From Candidatus Latescibacterota bacterium (GTDB taxonomy: Bacteria > Latescibacterota > UBA2968 > UBA8231), in the NCBI GenBank assembly GCA_965217585.1, contig OZ244561.1, positions 5,888,001 to 5,952,000 on the forward strand: a stretch of DNA of 64,000 nucleotides, written 5' to 3'. Shown here piece by piece: positions 16,652 to 26,220 of this stretch. Position numbers and translations under genes: made by a program. The notes under the pieces are model-generated. The model was given only the letters and a program-made list of their open reading frames with translations. It did not search any database and was not told where the DNA came from. The stretch's first letter is position 1. Every line of letters starts with the position of its first letter.

Positions 16652-17107
16652 ATGGCAGACATTCGCGTTGGCGTAATCATGGGCAGCACCTCGGATGAGG
16701 ATACCATGCGCAAGGGGGCGGCGGTGCTCGAAGAGCTGGGCCTTGGCTACGAGATGGTCGTATCTTCGGCCCACCGCAACCCCGAGCGCACCGCTGTTTG
16801 GGCCAGTGAGGCGGCTGGCCGCGGCCTCAAGGTGATCATCGCCGGTGCCGGCTTAGCTGCGGCTCTGCCCGGAGTGGTGGCGGCACATACGACGCTGCCG
16901 GTCATCGGAGTTCCCATTGCCTCGGGTGCGCTTCGTGGAGTCGATTCTCTCTACTCCATCGTGCAGATGCCTCCGGGAATCCCGGTGGCGACCGTCGGCA
17001 TTGACAACGCCCGCAATGCGGCCATGCTGGCGGCCCAAATCATCGCCCTGTCCGACGAGGCGGTCGCCCAGGCCATTGAAACCTATCGCGCACAGTGGAA
17101 CCCCTAA
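16652..17107 (+). CDS. purE: N5-CAIR mutase
   Basis: [24 protein letters not shown]. Confidence 0.96.
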   Translation: MADIRVGVIMGSTSDEDTMRKGAAVLEELGLGYEMVVSSAHRNPERTAVWASEAAGRGLKVIIAGAGLAAALPGVVAAHTTLPVIGVPIASGALRGVDSLYSIVQMPPGIPVATVGIDNARNAAMLAAQIIALSDEAVAQAIETYRAQWNP

Positions 17108-17135
17108 GTAGGGGCGACCGGCCGGTCGCCCCTAC
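17108..17135. repeat. GTAG-type REP-like perfect palindrome
   Basis: GTAGGGGCGACCGGCCGGTCGCCCCTAC directly after the purE stop; identical copy at 29580-29607. Confidence 0.92.
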
Positions 17136-17161
17136 ATAATGTTGAAAGGACGCGATGAGCA

Positions 17162-17785
17162 GTGGCCAATACAAGTCGCATTTCCAAATTGCTTTCGCTG
17201 ATGCTCAGGCATCGGCCCGACGAATTTGGACTGGAGATTGATGCCTACGGCTACGCGCCGTTGGATCAGGTAGTGCAAGGAGTACAGGAACGCTATTCAG
17301 AGGTACCCGAAGCCGAGATCGTCGCCCTCGTCAAGGATCCAGAGCAGTATCGCTTTGAACTGAACGAGTTTGGCATCCGCGCGCTGTACGGGCACAGTTT
17401 TTTCGTCGATATGGACGGCGAGCCTATGGACCCGCCACCCGATCGGCTCTACATGGGCACGACCCGCAGCGAGGCCCAGCGCTTTGCCCGCGAGGGCATT
17501 TCCCCGGGCGATCGCTACTACGTGCATCTGTCGCTGACGCGCGAGGCGGCCGAGTCGCACAGCCACCAACGCGACACCCCCTGCGTGGTGGAGATTCTCG
17601 CGGCCAAGGCCCACGACGAGGGCTGTCGCTTTTTTGCCCGCGGCGCGGTCGTGCTAACCGAAGAGATCCCGGCCAGTTGCATCGGCCCAACCCACGGCAG
17701 CCAGCAAAAAGCCCTCGATGTCGCCGAGATGCCGGCGGCTGGCGGGACAAGCTACGGCCGCAAGCCCCGGTTTTCGGCCCGTTGA
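17162..17785 (+). CDS. kptA: RNA 2'-phosphotransferase (KptA/Tpt1)
   Basis: SKLLSLMLRH, RFE, IRALYGHS, LYMGT, RYYVHLS motifs. Confidence 0.88.
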   Translation: MANTSRISKLLSLMLRHRPDEFGLEIDAYGYAPLDQVVQGVQERYSEVPEAEIVALVKDPEQYRFELNEFGIRALYGHSFFVDMDGEPMDPPPDRLYMGTTRSEAQRFAREGISPGDRYYVHLSLTREAAESHSHQRDTPCVVEILAAKAHDEGCRFFARGAVVLTEEIPASCIGPTHGSQQKALDVAEMPAAGGTSYGRKPRFSAR

Positions 17786-17795
17786 GAGGGATGCC

Positions 17796-18134
17796 GTGAA
17801 AAACATCGTGGCCTTTATCAAGCCCTTCAAACTCGACGAGGTCAAAAGCTCCTTAGCCGCGATGGGCATCGTCGGGATGTCCGTCAGCGAGGTGCGCGGC
17901 TGCGGTCGCCAGCGCGGCCACAGCGAAATCTACCGCGGTGCCGAGTACCAGCTCGACTTCATGCCCAAAATTCGCATTGAATTGGCCGTCGGCGATGGCC
18001 TACTCGACGAAGCGGTGGAGGCGATTTTGCAGTCGGCTGCCACCGGCGAGGTCGGAGACGGCAAAATCTTTGTCTCCGACCTAGTCGAGGCCATCCGCAT
18101 CCGCACCGGCGAAACCGGCGAAAACGCCCTCTGA
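17796..18134 (+). CDS. glnB: P-II nitrogen regulatory protein
   Basis: IKPFKLDEVK, YRGAEY T-loop, GDGKIFV, IRIRTGE. Start GTG 17796. Confidence 0.93.
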   Translation: MKNIVAFIKPFKLDEVKSSLAAMGIVGMSVSEVRGCGRQRGHSEIYRGAEYQLDFMPKIRIELAVGDGLLDEAVEAILQSAATGEVGDGKIFVSDLVEAIRIRTGETGENAL

Positions 18135-18145
18135 AGTTCCCGGCA

Positions 18146-21100
18146 GTGCTCACTGCATTGGAACTGGCCCGTCGCGCTCTCGCCGCCGCCGCGGCCAAAG
18201 CCCTTAATCCACTAGAGCAATTGGGTTTCGCCGATCCGGTCCAGGCCCTAGAGACCTTGGACCGGATCGGCGGCCCGCCGCAATCCGCGCCGCTGCCAGC
18301 CCTCGCCTTGGCCGAGTTGGCCGCGATGGGCCGGCCGGACGAGGGGCTGCGGCAGTTGGTGCGCTTGGCTATGGCGTACGGCAGCCCGCAGGGCCTTTTT
18401 TCTTACCTAGAGGCCGACCCCATCCTGTGCCAGCGCTTGGTGCAGATCGTGAGCCACAGCACTTTCCTCGCCGACATCTTGGTGCGCAATGCCGAATTTC
18501 TGCTGTGGCTGTTGGCCGAGACCCCGCACTTAGTCGAGCCGCTGGAGCGGAATGTCCTGCGGCAGATTTTGCGCACCGATATCGATCATGTTTCCGAATC
18601 AGAGGAGGGTTTGGAGATATTGCGGCGGGTGCATCGGCGCGAAATTTTGCGCATTGGTGCCGCCGAGATCCTCGGCACCAAGCCGGTTGCGGAGATTGGG
18701 AGAGAACTGGCCGACTTAGCCGACGTGGTGGTCGAGTTGGCCCTCGAAATATGCCAGCACGCCTTGTGGCAGGACTACGGGCAGCCGCTAGATGAGCGCG
18801 GCCGCCTGGCGCGTTTCCTCGTCGTCGGCTTGGGCAAATACGGCGGGCAGGAGTTAAACTACAGCTCGGATATCGACCTAATTTTCGTGTGGGACGGCGA
18901 AGGCGAGACCCAGCCCGAGCGGGGGGGGACGCGGCTGGAGAACAGCGAGTTTTTCCGCCGCTTGAGCCAGCGCCTAGTCCAAGTGCTGACCGCGGCGACT
19001 AAGGAAGGGTTTTTCTACCGGGTCGATATGCGGCTGCGCCCCGAGGGCACGAGCGGCAGCTTGACTCACTCGTTGCGCGCGAGCTGGGCTTATTACGAGA
19101 CGCGCGGGGAACTGTGGGAGCGGCAGATGCTCATCAAGGCCCGGCGCGTGGCGGGATCGCAGACGCTGGGGGAGCAATACGCGGCCATGCTCCGGCCCTT
19201 TATCTACCCGGCCCACTTCCACTCGGCACCGCACGAGGAAATCCGCCGCATCAAGGAGCGGATTGAGGCGAGCATCCGCGAGCGTCCCCGCGGCGAAAAC
19301 AACATCAAGCTGCAAGCGGGCGGGATCCGCGACATCGAATTCATCGTCCAGTGCCTGCAGTTGCTCTACGGGGGCATCCATCCCCAAGCGCGCATCCACA
19401 AGACGCTGGCCGCCATCGACCGCTTGGCCACGGTGTCGGCATTGACTGCGGCAGAGGCCAGCGCGTTAAAGAGCGCGTACGAGTTTTTTCGCCGCGTTGA
19501 AAACCTGCTGCAAATCGCCTCTGGCCGTCCCGACTACGCTATCCCGGAAGATGCGCGAGCTGCGCGGGCCTTGGCCCTGGTCATGGGCTATGGAGCTGCG
19601 CGGGCCTTTGCCAGCGAACTGGCCGGGCATCGGCTGCGGGTGCGCCGCCTGTTTGCCGCACTGTTTTACAGCGACGCGGCAGCTCCGCGCTCGCCGACGT
19701 GGCTCTTGGAAGTCGAAAATGGCAGCGAGGCGGCGAAAGCCGACTTGGCAGCGCGGGGTTTTGTCGATGGGGCGGCTGCGCACCGCCGCTTGCAGCGGTT
19801 GGCGGCCATGGGCTTGTTATTGAGCGGGGACCGCGCCCACTTGGAGGCCCTGTTGCCGGAATTGCTGAATTCGCTGGCCGCGGCCCCCGACCCAGACCAA
19901 GGGCTTTTGCGCTTTACCCAGCTAGTCGAAGCGTATGGTGCGCCGGGTGCTTTATACTCCTTGTTGCAAGAGCACACAGGCTTCCGCACCTTGCTCATTG
20001 CCATTTGTGGCTCGAGCCGCTTTCTCGCCGATCTTTTGCGCCGCGACCCGGCTCTGCTAGATAGCTTAGTTAGCCAAGCCGGCCAGGGATTGGAGCCTAG
20101 GTTGGCACGCGGCGATTTGAACGCCATCGCGCGGATGCAGAATCAAGCCCTCCTGCGGATTGGGGCCGACGACCTGATGGGGTTGGCGACCGAGGAGGAG
20201 ACCTTCCTGCGGCTGACGGAGTTGGGCGAAGACGTGTTGCAAGCGGTCTATCGGCTGGCTTGGCGTCCGTTGGTGCGGCGGTGGGGCAAGCCGCGCAGCC
20301 GACAGGGCCGCGACGTGCAGTTCGCCGTATTGGCCGCTGGCAAGTTTGGGGGCCGCGAGGTGGATTTCGGCTCGGATTTGGATTTGTTTTTCGTGTACGA
20401 AAGCGACGGCAAGACGCGCCGCGGCGTGCCGAATAGCGTATTTTTCATCGAGTTCAGCCAGCGTCTGATCACCCTATTAGCCGAGCGGGGGTTATACTCG
20501 GTGGATGCGCGGCTGCGGCCCGAAGGGGCTAGCTCTCCCATGGCCATCTCGTTGGTCGGCTACCGCCGCTACTTGGCGCAGCGGGCGGCCACTTGGGAGC
20601 GGATGGCGCTGAGTCGCGCTCGACAAGTGGCCGGCGATGCCGAGTTCGGTGCACGGGTCTTGCGGGTGATTGAGCGCTTCGTGTACAGCCGGGAAGCGGA
20701 CGTGGCCTTGGCCGCGCAGATGCAGGAGATGCGCCAGCGGATGGAGCCTCAGGGCAAGCGCCGAGCACGCATCGACATCAAGCGCGGCCCGGGCGGCATC
20801 GTCGATATCGAGTTTGTGGCGCAGATACTCGTGCTCAAGTGGGGCTATCGAGACCACAGCTTGCGCGTGGGCAGTACGAGACACGCGCTGCAGTTGCTCG
20901 TCGAGAGAGATTGTTTAGACTCGGAGCGGGGCCACTTTCTCCTCGATGCGTACGAGTATCTGCGGGCCGTGGAAAAAGGCATGCGGCTCGCCAGCGAAAG
21001 GGCCAGTGACACCCTGCCGACCGGGCGGGAGTTGGAGATATTGAGCCGCGCCCTCGGCACCGAAGACGTAGCGGCCTTCCAAGACGAGGTGGAGGCGCGC

Positions 21101-21154
21101 ATGCAGCAGACACGGCACGTATTCTCGGCCGTATTCGCCGAATTAACCAATTGA
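18146..21154 (+). CDS. glnE: bifunctional glutamine synthetase adenylyltransferase/adenylyl-removing enzyme
   Basis: Two nucleotidyltransferase domains (GKYGGQELNYSSDIDL and GKFGGREVDFGSDLDL), each with DxRLRPEG and GGIxDIEF. Confidence 0.95.
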   Translation: MLTALELARRALAAAAAKALNPLEQLGFADPVQALETLDRIGGPPQSAPLPALALAELAAMGRPDEGLRQLVRLAMAYGSPQGLFSYLEADPILCQRLVQIVSHSTFLADILVRNAEFLLWLLAETPHLVEPLERNVLRQILRTDIDHVSESEEGLEILRRVHRREILRIGAAEILGTKPVAEIGRELADLADVVVELALEICQHALWQDYGQPLDERGRLARFLVVGLGKYGGQELNYSSDIDLIFVWDGEGETQPERGGTRLENSEFFRRLSQRLVQVLTAATKEGFFYRVDMRLRPEGTSGSLTHSLRASWAYYETRGELWERQMLIKARRVAGSQTLGEQYAAMLRPFIYPAHFHSAPHEEIRRIKERIEASIRERPRGENNIKLQAGGIRDIEFIVQCLQLLYGGIHPQARIHKTLAAIDRLATVSALTAAEASALKSAYEFFRRVENLLQIASGRPDYAIPEDARAARALALVMGYGAARAFASELAGHRLRVRRLFAALFYSDAAAPRSPTWLLEVENGSEAAKADLAARGFVDGAAAHRRLQRLAAMGLLLSGDRAHLEALLPELLNSLAAAPDPDQGLLRFTQLVEAYGAPGALYSLLQEHTGFRTLLIAICGSSRFLADLLRRDPALLDSLVSQAGQGLEPRLARGDLNAIARMQNQALLRIGADDLMGLATEEETFLRLTELGEDVLQAVYRLAWRPLVRRWGKPRSRQGRDVQFAVLAAGKFGGREVDFGSDLDLFFVYESDGKTRRGVPNSVFFIEFSQRLITLLAERGLYSVDARLRPEGASSPMAISLVGYRRYLAQRAATWERMALSRARQVAGDAEFGARVLRVIERFVYSREADVALAAQMQEMRQRMEPQGKRRARIDIKRGPGGIVDIEFVAQILVLKWGYRDHSLRVGSTRHALQLLVERDCLDSERGHFLLDAYEYLRAVEKGMRLASERASDTLPTGRELEILSRALGTEDVAAFQDEVEARMQQTRHVFSAVFAELTN

Positions 21155-21167
21155 GGAGCGCTTATTT

Positions 21168-22154
21168 ATGGATGGTATAAGCAAGGCCGCGCGAGTCGGT
21201 CAGATGGTTATCGGAGTAGTGTATATCGTCGCTGGAGCGCTTAAGACATGGGAGCCGGTACTTTTTTATTGGGAGGCCATTCCCTATGCGCAGATGCTCG
21301 GGATCGTGGAATGGGAGTCCGCATCGGCAGCCGCCAAGGCGGCCATCGCATTGGGGCCGATTGAATTCGTCCTCGGCTGGGCGCTGCTGCTCAACTGGCA
21401 GCCGCGGCTGTGTTTGCCGGTAGCGACGATGTTGATGGCCGCGTTTACCGCGCTGACGGCCAAGGCTTGGCACATGGGCGCCTCGATAGACTGCGGCTGC
21501 TTTGGTGCCCTCGTCGAGCGCGGGCCGAAGGAAGCGACAATAGAAGATGGCGCTATGCTGGTGGTGCTGCTATTTGCTTGGTGGGGAATGCGCCGCAGTG
21601 CAAACACCGCGTCCGCGGCTGGTGGGCCCAATTGGTGGGGAGCGGGTGGTGCGCCCGTCTGGCCGCTGGCGAGTCGGATGGTATTAAGTGCGCTCGTCGT
21701 CGGGCTAGCGGTGGGTGGCGTGCGGTTTTTTCCCGAGCTAGAGCGAATCCAGCAGTCGGACCTCAAAAGCGGGGTGCGGCTCTCTGGTTTGGCGCTTGAA
21801 GGCGTGGATGTCGATTTGATGCAGGGCGAGTACCTGCTCGAATTGTTCAGCCCCACTTGCAGCCACTGCCAAAACGCCGTACCCAAGATGAACGCCCTCG
21901 CCCAAGACCCACAGTTGCCGCGGCTCATCGCCCTAACTAAGCACGCCCTCGATTCGCCGGATATGGTCGATTTCAAGAAGCGGCTGCAACCGCGCTTTGA
22001 CATTGCCACCATATCGCAGACGGACTTCTTTCGCCTGACCTTTGCCCACGGTTATCCGCGCTTGGCCTATATCGCAGACGGAGTGGTGCAGCAGGTGTGG
22101 GAGAGCGACTACATGCCGACGCAGGCGCGGCTGCGAAAAATTATGGGTTCTTAA
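21168..22154 (+). CDS. MauE/DoxX-family membrane protein fused to a thioredoxin-like domain
   Basis: TM helices with DCGCFG; C-terminal FSPTCSHC and YP motifs. Confidence 0.8.
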   Translation: MDGISKAARVGQMVIGVVYIVAGALKTWEPVLFYWEAIPYAQMLGIVEWESASAAAKAAIALGPIEFVLGWALLLNWQPRLCLPVATMLMAAFTALTAKAWHMGASIDCGCFGALVERGPKEATIEDGAMLVVLLFAWWGMRRSANTASAAGGPNWWGAGGAPVWPLASRMVLSALVVGLAVGGVRFFPELERIQQSDLKSGVRLSGLALEGVDVDLMQGEYLLELFSPTCSHCQNAVPKMNALAQDPQLPRLIALTKHALDSPDMVDFKKRLQPRFDIATISQTDFFRLTFAHGYPRLAYIADGVVQQVWESDYMPTQARLRKIMGS

Positions 22155-22203
22155 ACGTAGATTATCGTTTACCTACTTATGAATGACTTAGGATGGCTAT
22201 AGT

Positions 22204-23478
22204 ATGGCGATGAGCAAGTTGGCTCTTTTCGGCGGTCGCAAGGCCGTCACCTCCGACGAAGGCGATATTTTTCGCTGGCCGATCATCACTGCCGAGGACG
22301 AAGCAGCCGTGCTGGAGGTGCTGCGTCGCGGGGCGATGTCGAGTTTGGATGTAACCTTGGCCTTTGAAGAGGACCTGAAGTCCTACTTCGGCTTGCAGCA
22401 CGCCCTCTGCCACAACACGGGCACGGCGGCGATTCACGCCGCGCTGTGGGCCTGCGGCGTCGGCGTTGGCGACGAGGTGATCTCGCAGAGCATGACCTTT
22501 TGGGGCACGTCGCTGCAGGTGTTCTCGCTGGGGGGGACGGTGGTGTTTTCCGAGATTGACCCTGACACCCTGACGATGGACCCCGACGATATTGAGCACC
22601 GGATCACCGAGCGGACGAAGGCCATTGTCCCCGTGCATTACTGCGCCTATCCAGCCGATATGGATCCGATCATGGACATTGCCGAGCGGCACGGGCTGAA
22701 GGTGATTGAAGATGTCTCGCATGCCCAGGGCGGTCGCTATAAGGGGAGGCTGCTGGGCACAATAGGCCACATCGGCGCGATGTCGATTATGTCGGGCAAG
22801 TCGCTGGCCTGCGGCGAGGGGGGCTTTGTGGTCACCGACGACCAAGCTCTGTACGAGCGCGCCGCGGCCTTTGGGCACTATGAGCGAACTCGCTCCCTAG
22901 AGGATCCCGCGCTGCGGCCTTTTGCCGGGATGCCGCTGGGCGGATACAAATACCGGATGCACCAGTTGTCTTCGGCGGTGGGCCGCACGCAGCTAAAGCA
23001 CTACGACGAGCGGATGCAGGAGATCCAGCGGGCGATGAATTACTTCTGGGACCTGCTAGAAGGCGTCCCGGGGATCAAGGCGCATCGGCCTCCGGCCGAT
23101 AGCGGCTCCACCATGGGCGGCTGGTACGCGGCCAAGGGGCTGTATGCGCCTGAGGAGCTAGGCGGCCTGCCGGTCGAGCGCTTCTGCGCGGCGGTCACGG
23201 CCGAGACTGGGGCGTACAGGATCATGCCGGGTGCCAATGAGTTGATGCATCTACACCCGGTGCTCAACGAGGCCGACATCTACGGACACGGCCAACCCAC
23301 GCGCATCGCCCACTCCAACCGCGACTTGCGGCAGGGGCCGGGCAGCCTGCCGGTGACCGAGCGCATGACCGGCCGCATCTATTCGATTCCGTGGTTTAAG
23401 CACTACGACGCCAAAATCATCGAGCAATACGCCACGGCCTTCCGCAAGGTGGCCGAGTGTTCCGAGGAACTGCTTTGA
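22204..23478 (+). CDS. DegT/DnrJ/EryC1/StrS PLP-dependent aminotransferase
   Basis: GTAAIH, IVPVH, EDVSHA, SGKSLACGEGG. Confidence 0.9.
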   Translation: MAMSKLALFGGRKAVTSDEGDIFRWPIITAEDEAAVLEVLRRGAMSSLDVTLAFEEDLKSYFGLQHALCHNTGTAAIHAALWACGVGVGDEVISQSMTFWGTSLQVFSLGGTVVFSEIDPDTLTMDPDDIEHRITERTKAIVPVHYCAYPADMDPIMDIAERHGLKVIEDVSHAQGGRYKGRLLGTIGHIGAMSIMSGKSLACGEGGFVVTDDQALYERAAAFGHYERTRSLEDPALRPFAGMPLGGYKYRMHQLSSAVGRTQLKHYDERMQEIQRAMNYFWDLLEGVPGIKAHRPPADSGSTMGGWYAAKGLYAPEELGGLPVERFCAAVTAETGAYRIMPGANELMHLHPVLNEADIYGHGQPTRIAHSNRDLRQGPGSLPVTERMTGRIYSIPWFKHYDAKIIEQYATAFRKVAECSEELL

Positions 23479-23496
23479 TGGATACCTATAGCATTT

Positions 23497-23532
23497 ATAG
23501 AATTATCCGCAGATGGACGCAGATAGAATTAT
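23497..23532. repeat. CCGCAGATGGACGCAGAT mini-repeat flanked by 10-bp direct repeat
   Basis: ATAGAATTAT at 23497-23506 and 23523-23532; near-identical core at 63036-63054. Confidence 0.6.
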
Positions 23533-24340
23533 TCAAGATGGCGATATAACGATGGGGGATCCGTTGAGAGTGCGGCTGTTTGGGTACGGGGTGCCTTATC
23601 GGGCGGAGGTGGATGAAGCGGGGGCGGTTGCGCCGCGGCCTACGGATGCGGCGGGCGAGGCTGAGCGCCTTTGCCGCGCCTTGCGCCAGTTGCGCGGGGA
23701 AGGCAATGGCGTGACTGATCGCGACTGGGTGTATTCGTTGCCCTTTGGGCGCTGTGGGATACAAGGGCGTCCCCGCGAGCATATCATCGCCCACTTCTGC
23801 GCCGAGGCGTATCTAGACGTGCTCTCGATGGACGGGGTAAAAACGCAACCGCTCGCCGCTGGGGCAATCGCCGATATTGAGCCGGGGAGTGTCGTCCGGT
23901 TCCGCGCCCGGCCTTTGGAAAACCATTGCGTACTCGTGGCTTTCCAGACCGAGGACCGCACGCCGCTGTTGGGTCACGCCGCACCCTTCACCCTCGACGG
24001 CGCGGTGCCCGACGACTGGCGCGAGCGTCTGGTGCAGTGCCACGCCGCTTTTGACGCGGCGGCCGCGCGTGCTCCGAACGACGGTCATCGGCCGCTGCTG
24101 GAACGCTTCTTCGGGACCATGGCGGAAAAACTAGCCGACGATCCTGAAATCACCGCTGCACAAGAGCAGGCGCGGCGCGAGGGTTCGTACGCGGTCCCAG
24201 AGGAGCAACCCCTTTTCGACCGCCAGCGCGCCTTGCTCGACGAAGAAGTCCTAGCCCGCATCCGCGACCAAGACGAGGCCGTGTTTCGCTTTCCGGGAAT
24301 GTTCGGCGGAGTCGCGCCGCTTTTTAACCTAGTAGACTGA
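23513..24340 (+). CDS. hypothetical protein (true start may be ATG 23552)
   Basis: Long ORF with genome-typical codon use in operon orientation; no recognised motif. Confidence 0.7.
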   Translation: MDADRIIQDGDITMGDPLRVRLFGYGVPYRAEVDEAGAVAPRPTDAAGEAERLCRALRQLRGEGNGVTDRDWVYSLPFGRCGIQGRPREHIIAHFCAEAYLDVLSMDGVKTQPLAAGAIADIEPGSVVRFRARPLENHCVLVAFQTEDRTPLLGHAAPFTLDGAVPDDWRERLVQCHAAFDAAAARAPNDGHRPLLERFFGTMAEKLADDPEITAAQEQARREGSYAVPEEQPLFDRQRALLDEEVLARIRDQDEAVFRFPGMFGGVAPLFNLVD

Positions 24341-24439
24341 GACGCCGAGGCGGAGTTGCCCCGTAGATTCGCGTAAACTGCACAGTCGCGCCGCAGGAGA
24401 TCCTCTGCGGAGAAAATCACATTTCAGGAGAGCGACTAC

Positions 24440-25723
24440 ATGCACCATCTAAGAAACTACAAGGGATTCGCCGACGCCCAGATTAACCTGCTCAGGCCAT
24501 TCAGTCTGCTAATAGGACCCAACGGATCGGGAAAGAGTAATGTCATTGAGGCCATCGAACTGCTGTCCTTTGTCGCTCGTGGTCAGCCGCTATACGAGAT
24601 CGGCGACATTGGAAGGGGAAGTAGTGGCCTCGAAGTACGGGGCGGATTACAGGCTTGTGGACGGGAGGGAAAAGATCGGTTCCAGCTCGGTTTCTCAGCA
24701 AATGTCAGGTTTGAAGGCCAGAGACGTCCGTTTTTGTATGACGTTGGAATCTGTACACGACCGTCTCCGCAGATTATAGACGAAAGGCTGAAGGTTGGAG
24801 ACTGGATACTTTATGAGACTCTACATCAACAGTCGGATTCTACATCCCGTGACCTCACGATCCAATACAACAATTTCGCACGAGGCGGCAAAAAGTCGCA
24901 AGTACAGGTGTCCTCAGACCGATCAATACTATTACAATATCAAGAATTCGCTGCCTCGAAGAATAGGAAATACAGAGAGTGCCTTCTGCTTGTACAAGCC
25001 GTCATGTTGCACCTGCAAGCGTCTTTTGTCTTTGATCCCGATCCTAAGCTGATGCATAGCTATGAGCGCGTTGGAGACACCATTCTGAAGAGGAATGGGT
25101 CCAACCTGTCGGCCGTTTTGTATGGACTCAGCGAGGGAGATGAAGATCAGAGAGCGACCTTACAACGACTTCTTGATAAAATTTGTCAGTTGCCTGACGA
25201 GCCTTATGTGGGGTTTGACTTTACGCTGACGGGTTTGGGAGACGTGATTTTCGGCTTTCAAGAAAGTTCAGGATACAGTGTTGATGCGCGTGTTCTATCG
25301 GATGGAACCCTGCGAACACTGGCGATTCTCACTGCGTTTGAGACGGTTTCCAAAGGCTCTCGTATCGTTATTGAGGAGTTTGATAACGGACTACATCCCA
25401 GCCGCGTTGGGGTACTCGCTAAGGCGATCTCCGAAGTTGCACAGAATCGCCAGTTGAATGTTTTGGTAACCACACACAATCCAGCCACTATGAACTTCCT
25501 CACGCGGGAGCAGCTAGAAGGGGTGGTTTTATGTACTTGGGACGACGAGAATGGGAGTGCCAGCCTAGTTCGGCTCGACGAACTGCCTCGATACGACGAG
25601 TTCCTAGAGCGCGGTCGCCTTGGCGATCTGGTGACGCGACGGATTATTGATCAGTATCTGGCCCCAGAATTTGAGGAACAGCAAAAGAAGAAGGCGCTGG
25701 CTTGGCTGGAGGCCTTGTCGTGA
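24440..25723 (+). CDS. ABC/SMC-like ATPase (AAA_21/AAA_15 type), candidate defence or toxin component
   Basis: Walker A GPNGSGKS, signature LSDGT, Walker B/D-loop IEEFDNGLHP, H-loop TTHNP; no TM partner; AT-richer codons. Confidence 0.88.
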   Translation: MHHLRNYKGFADAQINLLRPFSLLIGPNGSGKSNVIEAIELLSFVARGQPLYEIGDIGRGSSGLEVRGGLQACGREGKDRFQLGFSANVRFEGQRRPFLYDVGICTRPSPQIIDERLKVGDWILYETLHQQSDSTSRDLTIQYNNFARGGKKSQVQVSSDRSILLQYQEFAASKNRKYRECLLLVQAVMLHLQASFVFDPDPKLMHSYERVGDTILKRNGSNLSAVLYGLSEGDEDQRATLQRLLDKICQLPDEPYVGFDFTLTGLGDVIFGFQESSGYSVDARVLSDGTLRTLAILTAFETVSKGSRIVIEEFDNGLHPSRVGVLAKAISEVAQNRQLNVLVTTHNPATMNFLTREQLEGVVLCTWDDENGSASLVRLDELPRYDEFLERGRLGDLVTRRIIDQYLAPEFEEQQKKKALAWLEALS

Positions 25724-26220
25724 CGGTCACCCCTGTTTACGTGGTAGATACAAGCTATCTCTGCGAGCTTTTTGCGGTGCCCCACTATTCCACAAAGAAA
25801 GATATTGTTGAGGTAAGAAGGCGATTTGAAGAGGCGGTAAAGACTGGGACGAGGTTGTACGTTAGTCTGCCGGCGATCTTTGAACTGGCAGGCTACATCG
25901 CCGATGTACCAGACGGTGGATTACGCAGGAAGCTATCGATGAAGCTCAGGGATACAGTAGTCTCCAGCATCCGCGAAGGTCTCCCTTGGAATCTGTTGCC
26001 AGCGCTTGACATGAGCACAGTAGAGAGACTTATAAACGGTTTTGTTGATCATTCTCGTGAAAAAGGGATGAGCCTTGTTGATACCACGCTCATTGACGAG
26101 GCAGACCGTCTTCGTCAGACCACCTATAGCGACCAAACATGGCGGGTGCATATCTGGACAAAGGATAAAAGGCTCAAGGCACGAGAGCCCGACGATGAAC
26201 CTAACGCTTTCTTCGGCTGA
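25720..26220 (+). CDS. PIN-domain-like putative RNase
   Basis: VVDTSYL..AIFEL..SLVDT..IWTKD acidic tetrad; GTGA overlap with the ATPase stop. Confidence 0.75.
   Translation: MTVTPVYVVDTSYLCELFAVPHYSTKKDIVEVRRRFEEAVKTGTRLYVSLPAIFELAGYIADVPDGGLRRKLSMKLRDTVVSSIREGLPWNLLPALDMSTVERLINGFVDHSREKGMSLVDTTLIDEADRLRQTTYSDQTWRVHIWTKDKRLKAREPDDEPNAFFG

Noticed and set aside
21619-21665. GGPNWWGAGGAPVWP internal near-repeat in the MauE protein
   Set aside because: Short imperfect linker duplication with no link to the other repeats
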